Notes under the pieces: generated by a model | The model's database searches: none | Told to the model about the DNA's origin: nothing | The model's input: only the letters and a program-made list of their open reading frames with translations | Position numbers and translations under genes: made by a program | Part shown: positions 1 through 9,074 of the stretch, one piece after another | Numbering within the stretch: the stretch's first letter is position 1 | Layout: every line of letters starts with the position of its first letter | From: Polyangiaceae bacterium | GTDB taxonomy: Bacteria > Myxococcota_A > Polyangia > Polyangiales > Polyangiaceae | DNA: 64,000 nucleotides | Direction of reading: 5' to 3' | Assembly: GCA_046351325.1 (NCBI GenBank) | Contig: JAXLYR010000002.1 | Span: 816,334-880,333 of the forward strand

Positions 1-2033
1 GACTGCTGCGGCATGTTGAGCCGCGCGAGCAGCGCGAGCGCGCGCTCGTAGTCGACGCGCGCGAGGTCGAGCCGGCCTGCCTCGAGGTGCAGGCCGCCGC
101 GGCGGCACGCGTAGATGGCCTCGTAGGTGCGCTCGTGCGTGCGCTCGAAGCGACCGAGCGCGTCGCTGAGGAGCCGCTCGGCCTCGTCGTAGCGCCGAGC
201 CTCCTGCTCGAGCTGCGCGAGGTTCGCGAGCCCGAGCGCCGCGAGCCACTCGTCACCGATCGAGTCCGAGAGCGCCGTGGCCTTGCGGTTGCGCTCGCGG
301 GCGGTCTCGAACTCCGCGAGGTCGCACGCGAGCCTGCCGAGGCAGGCGGTGTTCATCGCGAGGAGTCGCACGAGACGCTTACCCTCCGGTAAGTCGAGGA
401 CCTCGGCGGCGCGCGCGTGCGCGTCCTCGGCGAGGCTCAGCTGACCCTGCGCGCGCCACTGGATCCCGCTCGTCGCGAGGGCGTAGGCGCGCAGGCCGAG
501 CGGCACGTCGGCGCCGTCGCGCACGGGGCGGCCGATCTCGTCGGCCTCGGCGTGGCGACCCGTCGCGCTCAGCGTCGTCGCCAGCGCGAGCGTCGCGATC
601 GTGGTGAGGCGCGGCCCGAGGGGAGGTCCCTCCGAAGCGGGCGTCTCGAGGCAGCGGCGCAGGTATCGCTCGGCGCGCTCGCTCGGCAGCTCGTAGAGGA
701 GCGCGAGCGCGCACACCGTGACGACCCACGAGGGTGCGACGTGGGGCAGCAGAGCGGCGCGCTCGACGAGCGTTACAAGATTGTCACGCTCGGCGCGGAT
801 CGCCCCGAGGACCTCCGGCCGCGGCTCGGTGGTCTGCAGGAGCCGCGCGTCGACGAGCGCGTCGGCGGTGAGGGAGAAGCGGTCGAGGAGGGCCGCGTCG
901 AGCCGCGCGAGAGTGACGGACTTGTCTGTAAGCGCAACGCCCGTGAAGGCGCGGACGCTCCGAAAGAGCGACAGCCTGCCGCTCGCCGCGTCGGCGCGGA
1001 GCAGCGACTTGTCACGGAGCGCTGCGAAGAGCGCGATGGCCTCGGACTCGTCGCGGGGGCGCTGCGCGGGGTCGAGCTCGCTCGGTGGGAGCTCCGCCGC
1101 GACCGCGACGAGCACGGCTGCTGCGACGTCGACGTCGAAGTCCGTGGCGAAGCGGCTGCACACCGCGAGCGCGAGCCGCTCGGCGGGGGACAGCAGATCC
1201 CACGACCAGCGGATGGCGGCCTCGAGCGTGCGGTGCCTGCCGCGCCGGCTCTCGACGCCGAGGACGAAGGCGTCGTTCGTCGCGAGCCGATCGGCGAGCT
1301 GCCGAGGTGTGAAGAGACGGGTGCGCGCGGCCGCGAGCTCGATCGCGAGCGGGATGCAGTCGAGCCGCGCGACGAGCTCGCCGATCGTGGCGTCGTCGGC
1401 GGCCCGGATGTCGGAGCCCGCGTCGGAGGCGCGCGTGCGAAAGAGCAGCGCGGCGTCCGCGGGCGTGAGCGGCGCGAGCTCGACGACGACCTCACCCTCG
1501 CAAGCGAGCCGCTCGCGCGACGTGACGATGAACGCGAGGCCCTCGTGCTGCGCGAGCAACCTGACGAGGAGGGGCGCGGCGCTCGCGAGCTGCTCGAAGT
1601 TGTCGAGCACGACGCAGGTCGGGCCGCGCGCCGCGAGGAGCTCCGCGGTCGAAGGGCGCGCCGCCCCGAGCGAAGCGCGAGCGCCGTCGGGGCTCGGCGC
1701 GAGGCGCGCGAGCGCTCGGTCGATCGCGCTCTCGAGGAGCGCATCGTCGCGCTCGGCGGCGAGGTCGCAGACCACGAGCGCGCCGCTGAAGCGAGCCTCG
1801 ACCGCGGCCCTCGCTTGCTGCACGAGCTCCGACTTCCCGATGCCTGGCGGCCCGATCACGCTGACGAGGCGCGCGCCCGCGTCGAGCACGTCGAGGAGCC
1901 GCGCGAGCTCCGCCGCTCGCCCGAAGATCGCGCGGCGACGCGTCGCTTCGGGGCGGGCGACGTCGCGCTCGGCGTCTTCGGCGTTCACCACGCGCAGGTG
2001 ACGCGGGGCGAGCGAGAGGTCTTTTGAGGACAT
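1..2033 (-). CDS. STAND/AAA+ P-loop NTPase with TPR-like repeats (MalT/AfsR-like regulator N-terminal region). Partial: the start codon is at 2033 and the 3' end lies beyond the window start.
   Basis: Reverse-strand translation from the ATG at 2033..2031 reads MSSKDLSLAPRHLRVV...AIFGRAAELARLLDVLDAGARLVSVIGPPGIGKSELV, which contains a Walker A motif. The frame stays open for more than 670 codons to position 1, with high GC3 and TPR-like helices downstream. The plus-strand ORFs 417..2027 and 718..2001 are Arg/Ala-rich antisense artefacts. Confidence 0.6.
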   Translation of the reverse strand, partial: MSSKDLSLAPRHLRVVNAEDAERDVARPEATRRRAIFGRAAELARLLDVLDAGARLVSVIGPPGIGKSELVQQARAAVEARFSGALVVCDLAAERDDALLESAIDRALARLAPSPDGARASLGAARPSTAELLAARGPTCVVLDNFEQLASAAPLLVRLLAQHEGLAFIVTSRERLACEGEVVVELAPLTPADAALLFRTRASDAGSDIRAADDATIGELVARLDCIPLAIELAAARTRLFTPRQLADRLATNDAFVLGVESRRGRHRTLEAAIRWSWDLLSPAERLALAVCSRFATDFDVDVAAAVLVAVAAELPPSELDPAQRPRDESEAIALFAALRDKSLLRADAASGRLSLFRSVRAFTGVALTDKSVTLARLDAALLDRFSLTADALVDARLLQTTEPRPEVLGAIRAERDNLVTLVERAALLPHVAPSWVVTVCALALLYELPSERAERYLRRCLETPASEGPPLGPRLTTIATLALATTLSATGRHAEADEIGRPVRDGADVPLGLRAYALATSGIQWRAQGQLSLAEDAHARAAEVLDLPEGKRLVRLLAMNTACLGRLACDLAEFETARERNRKATALSDSIGDEWLAALGLANLAQLEQEARRYDEAERLLSDALGRFERTHERTYEAIYACRRGGLHLEAGRLDLARVDYERALALLARLNMPQQ

Positions 2034-2128
2034 TTCCGTTCGCGCGGACCCGGTTAAAGGGGGAGCGACGAAGAGGTTTAACCGATTTTCATTCGTCGGG
2101 AGCGCTCGACTGGCGCACCGTCCTCGAC

Positions 2129-3328
2129 ATGAAGACGACGCCTCCTTCTCGACGCACGCTCCTCGTTTCGATGCTCTCGGTCGCCGCGATCTCCTTCTCG
2201 TTCGGGTGCGGCGACGACACCGGGACCGGGGCCTCCGGGGGATCCGGCGGAGGCGGCGCGCCTGCTGCGGGTGGCGGCGGTCAAGCGAGCGTCGGCGGTG
2301 ACGGTGGCAGCGGCGGGGCAGGCGGCGCGGTCGATCCCCTCGAGACGGCGGTGCGAGGGCACGACTGGGTGAAGCTCCCGAACGGCCCGACGGTCTCGCA
2401 GGGGAAGCAGGACGACATCTTTTTCTTGAACAAGGATAAAGGATTCCTCGCGAGCGGCCCGAAGGGGGCAATCTTCTCGACCGAGGACGGCGGCGCGTCT
2501 TGGACGCAGGTCTTCACCAGCGCGACGACCTATTTCCGCGCCGTGCTCTTCACCGACGAGCTGCACGGGTTCGCCGGCAACATCGGCGCTGGTCTCGCCC
2601 CGTCGATCAGCGACATCAACCTGATGTACGAGACGACGGACGGCGGCGCGACGTGGAATCCGGTCACGAACATCACCGGCTCCGCTGCGAAGGGGCTCTG
2701 CAATTTCACGGCGGTCGATCAGGACACCATCTTCGGGATAGGGCGCGCGAACGGGCCCGCGCACCTGCTCCAGTCGAGCGACGGCGGCGCCAACTGGGTC
2801 GCGACCGATCTCAGCACGTGGCTCATGATGGCGATCGACGGTCGGTTCACGTCGGCGACCGACGGCCTCGTCGTCGGCATGGCTCCGGGCGCGAAATGCT
2901 CGGTCATTCGCACGACCGACGGCGGCGCGACCTTCAACAGCGTCTTCACATCCGCGACGCCGGGCAGCCTGTGTTGGAAGATCCAGTTCCCGTCGCCGGA
3001 CGTCGGCTACGTGGCCATCCTGGACACCGCGAACGGCTCTGGGACCTTCGCCAAGACGCTCGACGGCGGGCTCACCTGGCAAGAGTTCCCGCTCCCGACC
3101 AACGGCTCGCCCTACACCGGTATTGGCGTCGGCTTCATCAACGAGAACATCGGGTGGATGGCCCCGGAGGAGCCGAACGAGGAGGTCTATCGGACCTTCG
3201 ACGGCGGCATGACCTGGGAGGTCGATCCGGTGCTGAAGGCCCCTATCAACCGGTTCCGCTTCGTCGACGCAAATACGGCTTACGCCGTCGGCGGCGCCGT
3301 GTGGAAGCTCGACCTCAGCGGCAATTGA
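2129..3328 (+). CDS. Lipoprotein with BNR/Asp-box-like repeats (Ycf48/photosystem-II-assembly-factor-like beta-propeller)
   Basis: ATG at 2129 gives MKTTPPSRRTLLVSMLSVAAISFSFGCGDD, a signal peptide with a lipobox Cys. A Gly-rich linker follows, then repeated TxDGGxTW / SxDGGxxW motifs (TEDGGASW, TTDGGATWN, SSDGGANW, TTDGGATF, FDGGMTW). The stop overlaps the next gene's start (TGATATG). Confidence 0.75.
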   Translation: MKTTPPSRRTLLVSMLSVAAISFSFGCGDDTGTGASGGSGGGGAPAAGGGGQASVGGDGGSGGAGGAVDPLETAVRGHDWVKLPNGPTVSQGKQDDIFFLNKDKGFLASGPKGAIFSTEDGGASWTQVFTSATTYFRAVLFTDELHGFAGNIGAGLAPSISDINLMYETTDGGATWNPVTNITGSAAKGLCNFTAVDQDTIFGIGRANGPAHLLQSSDGGANWVATDLSTWLMMAIDGRFTSATDGLVVGMAPGAKCSVIRTTDGGATFNSVFTSATPGSLCWKIQFPSPDVGYVAILDTANGSGTFAKTLDGGLTWQEFPLPTNGSPYTGIGVGFINENIGWMAPEEPNEEVYRTFDGGMTWEVDPVLKAPINRFRFVDANTAYAVGGAVWKLDLSGN

Positions 3329-3329
3329 T

Positions 3330-5099
3330 ATGGGCTTTGTCCGAACAGCTTTGGCCTCGCTCGCGCTCTTCGCTTCGGCGTGCGCGGACGAGTTCATCGA
3401 CCCCGCGGGCGAGCCCGACGATTCGTCCGTAGCGGAGCCCCCGCCGAGCGAAACGACTGGGTTCGCCGTCGGCGACGTGTTGCCTCCGCTCGCGTTCGAC
3501 GGCGTCGACGAGGCCGGCGCTCGCACGCGGGTCGCGCTGTCCCGATATGCCCTCTCCGAGGAGAACTCTCCCGATGCGCCGTCGCGGCTCTTGGTCCTCG
3601 AGGTGAGCGGGGGGCTCTGGTGCGGCACGTGCCGCGCGCTCGCCGAGAACCTCGGTGACCCGAGTTGGTCTTACGCAGCGCGCTTCGACAGGCTGGAGAT
3701 CCTGCTCCGCGGGCGCGATAACGGCATAGCGAACGCCCATGTCGACCCCGCCGCCTGGCAGCGTGAGGTCGCGCCCGGCGTGGCCGCCGTCATCGACCCT
3801 GATTTCGTATTTTCGGCGACCTTCGCGAGCCCCGAACGGCTGCCGCTTTATGTGCTCGTCGACGAGCGGACGCTGCGCGTGGTCGACGCGCTCAGCCAGC
3901 CGGGGCCGCGCGAGCTCCGCTCGGCGATCGCCGCGAACCTCGACGCGCTCGATGGATTGGACGCGTCCTCGAATGAAGAGGAGCGGCTGGTCGATGGACT
4001 CTTCGACGAGGTGGAGTGGGCGATGATCCGCGATATGGGCACAACGCCCGGCGCGCCGCCTCGAGACGACACGAACTCCGTCGCAGACTCACCGCTCGCG
4101 GCGAACCTCGGGCGCTCGCTCTTCTTCGACTCGGGACTCTCTCCCTCGGGTGAGGTCTCCTGTGCGAGCTGCCATGATCCGGCGCTCGCGCTCTCGGACG
4201 GTCGCGCGCGCGCAGTGGGCGCCGGGCTGGGTCCGCGGCGCACGCCGTCGATCGCGCTCGCGGCGCACGCGCGATACCAGGATTGGGACGGTCGCGCGGA
4301 CTCGCTCTGGGCGCAGGCGCTCGGTCCGCTCGAGAATCCCCTCGAGTTCGGTGCGTCACGGGCGTTCGTCGTGCGCCGCGTGCTGACCGCGCACCTCGAC
4401 GAGTACCGCGCAGCCTTCCCCGAGGCCTCGATTCCGAAGCTCGACCTCGTTCCGGAGTCCGGCAAGCCCGGTGACGCGAGCTATGACGCGCTGCCGCTCG
4501 AGACCCGACAAGCCATCACCGAGGTCTTCGTGCGAGCGGGCAAGTCGATCGCGGCGTTCGAACGCACGCTGCGCGTCGCGCCGAGTCCGCTCGATCGCTA
4601 CGCGGCCGGTGACTCGAGCGCGCTCACGGACGAGGAGAAATACGGGCTCCTGCTCTTCTTCGAGAGCGGGTGCGCCCAATGTCATTGGGGGCCGCGGCTC
4701 ACCGACGACGCCTTTCACAATACCGGTGTCGCCGCGAGCGATGGAGATCTCGGCCGCTATGCCGGAGTCGACGCCTGGCGAAATAGCGAGTTCCGCGCTG
4801 ACGGCGCATGGAGCGACGCGCCGAATCGAACCCTCGAGTCTCTCGTCCAGCGATCCGCTCTTCATATTGGGCAATTCAAGACGCCAGCGCTGCGCGGGGT
4901 CGCGGACAGCGCCTTCTTCGGGCACGACGGTTCGCAGTCGACCCTCGCGTCCGTGACCGAGGCCTACGCGCTACGCCCGTCCTCGCACGGGCCTGGCGAC
5001 GCGGACCCGTGGCTCGTCCCGTTCGGTGAGACCGCACAGTGGGGGCTCGTGCCGTTCCTCCGCGTCCTAAGCGCACCGCTCGACGCTCCGTCCTTGTGA
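3330..5099 (+). CDS. Di-haem cytochrome c peroxidase family protein (CCP/MauG-like) with an N-terminal CxxC-containing region
   Basis: Two haem-binding CxxCH motifs (CASCHDP and CAQCHWGP), an N-terminal signal-like hydrophobic stretch, and a WCGTCRA motif near the N-terminus. Single long ORF with high GC3. Confidence 0.8.
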   Translation: MGFVRTALASLALFASACADEFIDPAGEPDDSSVAEPPPSETTGFAVGDVLPPLAFDGVDEAGARTRVALSRYALSEENSPDAPSRLLVLEVSGGLWCGTCRALAENLGDPSWSYAARFDRLEILLRGRDNGIANAHVDPAAWQREVAPGVAAVIDPDFVFSATFASPERLPLYVLVDERTLRVVDALSQPGPRELRSAIAANLDALDGLDASSNEEERLVDGLFDEVEWAMIRDMGTTPGAPPRDDTNSVADSPLAANLGRSLFFDSGLSPSGEVSCASCHDPALALSDGRARAVGAGLGPRRTPSIALAAHARYQDWDGRADSLWAQALGPLENPLEFGASRAFVVRRVLTAHLDEYRAAFPEASIPKLDLVPESGKPGDASYDALPLETRQAITEVFVRAGKSIAAFERTLRVAPSPLDRYAAGDSSALTDEEKYGLLLFFESGCAQCHWGPRLTDDAFHNTGVAASDGDLGRYAGVDAWRNSEFRADGAWSDAPNRTLESLVQRSALHIGQFKTPALRGVADSAFFGHDGSQSTLASVTEAYALRPSSHGPGDADPWLVPFGETAQWGLVPFLRVLSAPLDAPSL

Positions 5100-5134
5100 G
5101 CCTCGTGCGCCGACGCGGTCTGTAGACTGGCCGC

Positions 5135-5875
5135 GTGCTCCGCCCTCGACATGTGCTCGGCCCGCTCTTCAGGGTCCGTGGGCTCGTCGTCTCGAATGTC
5201 TTCGTCCTCGACGGCGGTCCTGGCGATCGCTGGATCATCGACACGGGCCACGTCGCGGAGCGCCCGCTCGTGGTCGCCGGGCTGCGAGCGACAGGGCTCT
5301 TGCCGAGCGCGGTGACAGGCGTGCTCCTCACGCACCGCCACTCGGACCACGCGGGGAACGCGGCGTACCTCCACCGCGAGTTCGGAGTCCCTGTCTTTGC
5401 TCATGCCGACGACGCGGCCGTCCTCGCGGGCGCGCGCGAGAAGCCGCCGCTCCGCCCCGTCACGGGCGACCCGATCGCTTGGGTTTTTGCTCAGCTCGAG
5501 AACCGCACGACGACGCGCGTCACCATCGATCGCGCCCTCGAACACGGGGACATCGTGGGGAGCCTCGAGGTTCATCACGCGCCCGGCCACACCGATGGCT
5601 CTGTGCTTTACCGCCACGGCGAGACCGAGTCGCTCCTCTCGGGGGACGCGCTCCTCGCTGCCGTTCCGCCGCTCACGATCACGCAGCGCATGTGCCTGCC
5701 TCACCCCGACTACGCCACGAGCCTCGAGCAGGCCCTCGCGTCGCTGCGCGCCTTCCACGCGGAGGGCTACGGCTACGAGAACCTGCTCGCGGGGCACGGC
5801 AATCCCATCCTCGGCGGGGCGCACAGGCGCGCGCTGGAGCTCCTCGCCGAGGCGCCCGCTCAGCCTCGATCGTGA
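5135..5875 (+). CDS. MBL-fold metallo-hydrolase
   Basis: Metallo-beta-lactamase signature LTHRHSDHAGN (HxHxDH), then HAPGHTDGS and GHG motifs. Start is GTG at 5135, or alternatively GTG at 5153. Confidence 0.8.
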   Translation: MLRPRHVLGPLFRVRGLVVSNVFVLDGGPGDRWIIDTGHVAERPLVVAGLRATGLLPSAVTGVLLTHRHSDHAGNAAYLHREFGVPVFAHADDAAVLAGAREKPPLRPVTGDPIAWVFAQLENRTTTRVTIDRALEHGDIVGSLEVHHAPGHTDGSVLYRHGETESLLSGDALLAAVPPLTITQRMCLPHPDYATSLEQALASLRAFHAEGYGYENLLAGHGNPILGGAHRRALELLAEAPAQPRS

Positions 5876-5928
5876 CGGTCGTCACCACAAGGTTCGGGGA
5901 GCGGGAGGGCGCGTGCTATCGTGGACGC

Positions 5929-7311
5929 GTGTCCGGGGAGGCCGAAGGCCGCGAAATTATCACGGAGATCCTCTCGCGAGACGCTTCGGGGCTGAAGCTC
6001 CGCTCGCGCAAGCTTCGGCTCGAGATCGTGACGGGGCCCCAGGCGGGGCAGAGCTTCGACTTCGCCGGACCCGAGGTCACGATCGGCTCGGCGCGCGGCT
6101 CGAACCTCATCCTGTTCGACGGCGCCGTGAGCCGCCACCACCTCACGCTGAAGATCGAGCGCGGCGCGGTGCGCGTCGTGGACGCGGGCAGCCGCAACGG
6201 CACCGTGCTCGATGGAGTGCTCGTGCGCGACGCCTACACGCGAGCCGACTCGACGCTCGCGGTCGGGAACACGACGCTCCGCGTGCGTATCTTGAACGAC
6301 GTTATCGAAATACCCCTGTCTTCGCGCGAGTCGTTCGGCGGTCTCATCGGGGTGAGCGTCCCGATGCGCGTCGTCTTCACGCTGCTCGAGCGCGCCGCCG
6401 CTGTGGAGGACACGGTCCTCATCGAGGGCGAGACTGGTACGGGCAAGGAGCTCGCCGCCGAGGCGCTCCACGAGGAGAGCCCGCGCGCGAGCGGGCCGTT
6501 CGTGGTCTTCGACTGCTCGGCTGTCGCGCCGAGCCTCGTCGAGAGCGAGCTCTTCGGGCACGTGCGCGGCGCCTTCTCCGGTGCGGTCGCCGATCGCGAG
6601 GGAGCCATCGAGGCCGCCGACGGGGGCACGCTCTTCCTCGACGAGATCGGTGAGCTCCCGCTCGAGCTCCAGCCGAAGCTCCTGCGGGCCCTCGAGCGCT
6701 TCGAGGTCCGACGCGTCGGCTCGAACACCCCGCGCAAGGTCGACGTCCGCGTCGTCGCGGCCACGAACCGCAACCTCTTCGAGGAGGTCGCGGCCCGCCG
6801 ATTCCGCGAGGACCTCTTCTATCGGCTCGCCGTCGTGCGCGTGACTTTGCCGCCGCTCCGCGAGCGCCCCGACGACATCCCCGTGTTGGTCGCGCACTTC
6901 ACCGCCGAGGCCATCCGTCGCGGTCGCAAGGTTGCGCCTCTCTCGGATCGGGCCGTCGCCAAGCTCGCGAACCAAGCCTGGCCTGGCAACGTGCGCGAGT
7001 TGAGGAACGCGGTCGCGCGCGCGCTCGCGCTAGGCCTGGACCATCACGGCGCGGCCGATGCGGCGGGCGCGGGTGCCGTCGCAGGTGAGGTCTCGCCCGA
7101 GGCCGTCGTGAGGGCGCTCGTCGATCTGAGCGTCCCGCTGAAGGAGTCGCGCGATCGCATGTCGGACGCCTTCGAGGAGGCTTATCTCCGGCAAGCACTG
7201 GCGGAGACGGGGGGCAATGTCACCCGGGCAGCAGCGCTCGCTGGCGTGAACCGCAAGTTCATTCAGCGCGCAGTCCTACGATTTGGGCTGCGCGCTTCGG
7301 ATGACGAGTGA
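5929..7311 (+). CDS. Sigma-54-dependent transcriptional activator with N-terminal FHA domain (FHA-AAA+-HTH)
   Basis: FHA-like segment (VTIGSARGSNLILFDGAVSRHHLTLKIERGAVRVVDAGSRNGTVLDG). AAA+ sigma-54 interaction motifs GETGTGKE, ESELFGH and the GAFSGA loop. C-terminal Fis-type HTH. The in-frame sequence upstream of 5929 belongs to the MBL gene, so the start is moved to GTG 5929. Stop overlaps the kinase start (ATGA). Confidence 0.8.
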   Translation: MSGEAEGREIITEILSRDASGLKLRSRKLRLEIVTGPQAGQSFDFAGPEVTIGSARGSNLILFDGAVSRHHLTLKIERGAVRVVDAGSRNGTVLDGVLVRDAYTRADSTLAVGNTTLRVRILNDVIEIPLSSRESFGGLIGVSVPMRVVFTLLERAAAVEDTVLIEGETGTGKELAAEALHEESPRASGPFVVFDCSAVAPSLVESELFGHVRGAFSGAVADREGAIEAADGGTLFLDEIGELPLELQPKLLRALERFEVRRVGSNTPRKVDVRVVAATNRNLFEEVAARRFREDLFYRLAVVRVTLPPLRERPDDIPVLVAHFTAEAIRRGRKVAPLSDRAVAKLANQAWPGNVRELRNAVARALALGLDHHGAADAAGAGAVAGEVSPEAVVRALVDLSVPLKESRDRMSDAFEEAYLRQALAETGGNVTRAAALAGVNRKFIQRAVLRFGLRASDDE

Positions 7312-9074
7312 GTTCGCGGTATACTCCAGGTGTGCGGGCTCGCTCCGGCTCGGCCAATGCGAATGCAGCCCAAGCCGACGCGCCCGATCAGCGCATCGGC
7401 CGCTACGCCATCTACGGTGACATCGCGACCGGCGGTATGGCGACCGTGCACTTCGGTCGACTGCTCGGGCAGGCCGGGTTTTCCCGTGATGTAGCCATCA
7501 AGCGGCTGCACCCGCAGTACGCCAAGAACCCCGACTTCGTCGCGATGTTCCTCGACGAGGCGCGGCTCGTCTCGCGCATCCTCCATCCCAACGTCGTGCC
7601 CGTCTTGGACGTCGTCGCCGAGTCCGGCGAGCTCTTCCTCGTGATGGAGCTCGTCCCCGGCGAGGCTCTTTCGAAGCTCGTGCGCAACACCCCCGAGGGC
7701 GTGCCCCTGCCGATCGCGGTCGCGATCGCAGTCGGCATGCTCGAGGGCCTGCACGCGGCGCACGAGGCGCGCGGTGAGGACAAACAACCGCTCGACATCG
7801 TGCACCGCGACGTCTCGCCACAGAACGTCCTCGTGGGGACCGACGGCGTCGCGCGCCTCATCGACTTCGGCGTCGCGAAGGCCGTGGGCAACTCGGTGAT
7901 GACGCGCGACGGTCAGATCAAAGGCAAGGTCGCGTACATGGCGCCCGAGCAGATCGCCGCGCTGCCCGTCGATCGGCGAGCCGACATCTACTCCGCCGCC
8001 GTGGTCCTTTGGGAGATGGTCACCGGTCGTCGGTACTTCGGTGAGGGCATCGAGTCCGACGCTGCGCTCGTCATGCGCGCGATGAACCACGAGCCCGCGC
8101 CGCCGAGCTCCGTGCGCAAGGAGATCCCTGCCGAGCTCGACGCCATCATCCTGAAGGGCCTCAGCAAGACCCCGGCGAATCGCTTCGCGACGGCGCGCGA
8201 GATGGCGCAGGCCCTCGAGAAGATCGCCGCGCCAGCGGCCGCGCGTGACGTCGCCCGCTGGATGGAGGCGAAGGCCGGTGAGGCCCTGCGTCGGCGCGCC
8301 CACCAGATGTCCGCGTTCGACCTCTCGATCGCGACCGAGCTGCCCGGCCGGTCCTCGATGCTCGCCGCGGCGAAGATCATCCCGCGCACCGACTCGAAGC
8401 TCGCGTTCCTCGCGCGGCCCGCACCCGAGCAGGACGTCGGATCGGGCGTCGAGACCTCGCCCGCGATCGCGGCCGCTCGCGCGAGCAAACCTCAGGATTT
8501 GGCAGCGATCGCGCAGCCCGCGGCGAGCCCCGCGAGCCCGCCCCAGGGAGCCGCGCTCGAACCTGTGAGCGCCGTCGAGCCTGAGAGCGCAGCTCCACGA
8601 GCGACCGTCGCGCTGGTCGACGAGGCGAGCCGACACGAGTTCGTCCTGCCGCAGGCGGCTGGTTCTCGATCGCGACGGAGCGCCGGTTGGATCGCGCTCG
8701 CGCTCGTCTTGGCCTCGGGCGTCGGCTTCGTGACCGCGCGCATGTTGGATCGAAGCGAGCGACCTCTGGTCGCGGCGCGCCCTTCTTACGGGGAGCGCGG
8801 GCCTGCTGTGGCGACGTCGCTCGCGCCGGGTGCCGCGGCGCCGACTGCGACGACCGCGCAAGGCTCGGGTGGGGCGAGCGCAAGCGCGGCCGCGTCGGCT
8901 AGCGTGTCCGCGCCACGGCCAGCGCTGACCAACACGAGCTCCAACAAGGCACCTCAGCCCGCGCGAACCACCACCGCGACGACCACGGCCGCAGCTCGGC
9001 CGGGCTCGTGCGACCCGCCCTACACGATGACTGCTGACGGCGTGAAGCGCTTCAAGCCGGAATGCCTCCGCTGA
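7308..9074 (+). CDS. Serine/threonine protein kinase (Hanks-type) with C-terminal TM segment and Ala/Thr/Ser-rich tail
   Basis: Kinase motifs VAIKRL, HRDVSPQNVLV, DFGVAK, APE. Predicted TM helix WIALALVLASGVGFV. Translationally coupled to the upstream sigma-54 activator. Confidence 0.85.
   Translation: MSSRYTPGVRARSGSANANAAQADAPDQRIGRYAIYGDIATGGMATVHFGRLLGQAGFSRDVAIKRLHPQYAKNPDFVAMFLDEARLVSRILHPNVVPVLDVVAESGELFLVMELVPGEALSKLVRNTPEGVPLPIAVAIAVGMLEGLHAAHEARGEDKQPLDIVHRDVSPQNVLVGTDGVARLIDFGVAKAVGNSVMTRDGQIKGKVAYMAPEQIAALPVDRRADIYSAAVVLWEMVTGRRYFGEGIESDAALVMRAMNHEPAPPSSVRKEIPAELDAIILKGLSKTPANRFATAREMAQALEKIAAPAAARDVARWMEAKAGEALRRRAHQMSAFDLSIATELPGRSSMLAAAKIIPRTDSKLAFLARPAPEQDVGSGVETSPAIAAARASKPQDLAAIAQPAASPASPPQGAALEPVSAVEPESAAPRATVALVDEASRHEFVLPQAAGSRSRRSAGWIALALVLASGVGFVTARMLDRSERPLVAARPSYGERGPAVATSLAPGAAAPTATTAQGSGGASASAAASASVSAPRPALTNTSSNKAPQPARTTTATTTAAARPGSCDPPYTMTADGVKRFKPECLR

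Noticed and set aside
417-2027. Long plus-strand ORFs (417..2027, 718..2001) and minus ORF 773..1744 across the first 2 kb
   Set aside because: The translations are Arg/Ala/Ser/Pro-rich low-complexity sequence, typical of wrong-frame reading of high-GC DNA. The minus-strand frame starting at 2033 carries a Walker A NTPase and stays open to the window edge.
2078-3628. 516-aa minus-strand ORF and other antisense ORFs over the lipoprotein and peroxidase genes
   Set aside because: It lies antisense to genes with clear domains (BNR repeats, CxxCH haem sites). Composition is Arg/Ala-rich with no motifs.
5479-5928. 5' extension of the FHA/sigma-54 activator ORF back to ATG 5479
   Set aside because: The extension lies inside the MBL hydrolase gene in another frame and translates to nonsense (MGFCSAREPHDDARHHRSRPRTRGHRGEPRGSS). 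The activator start is moved to GTG 5929, after the MBL stop.
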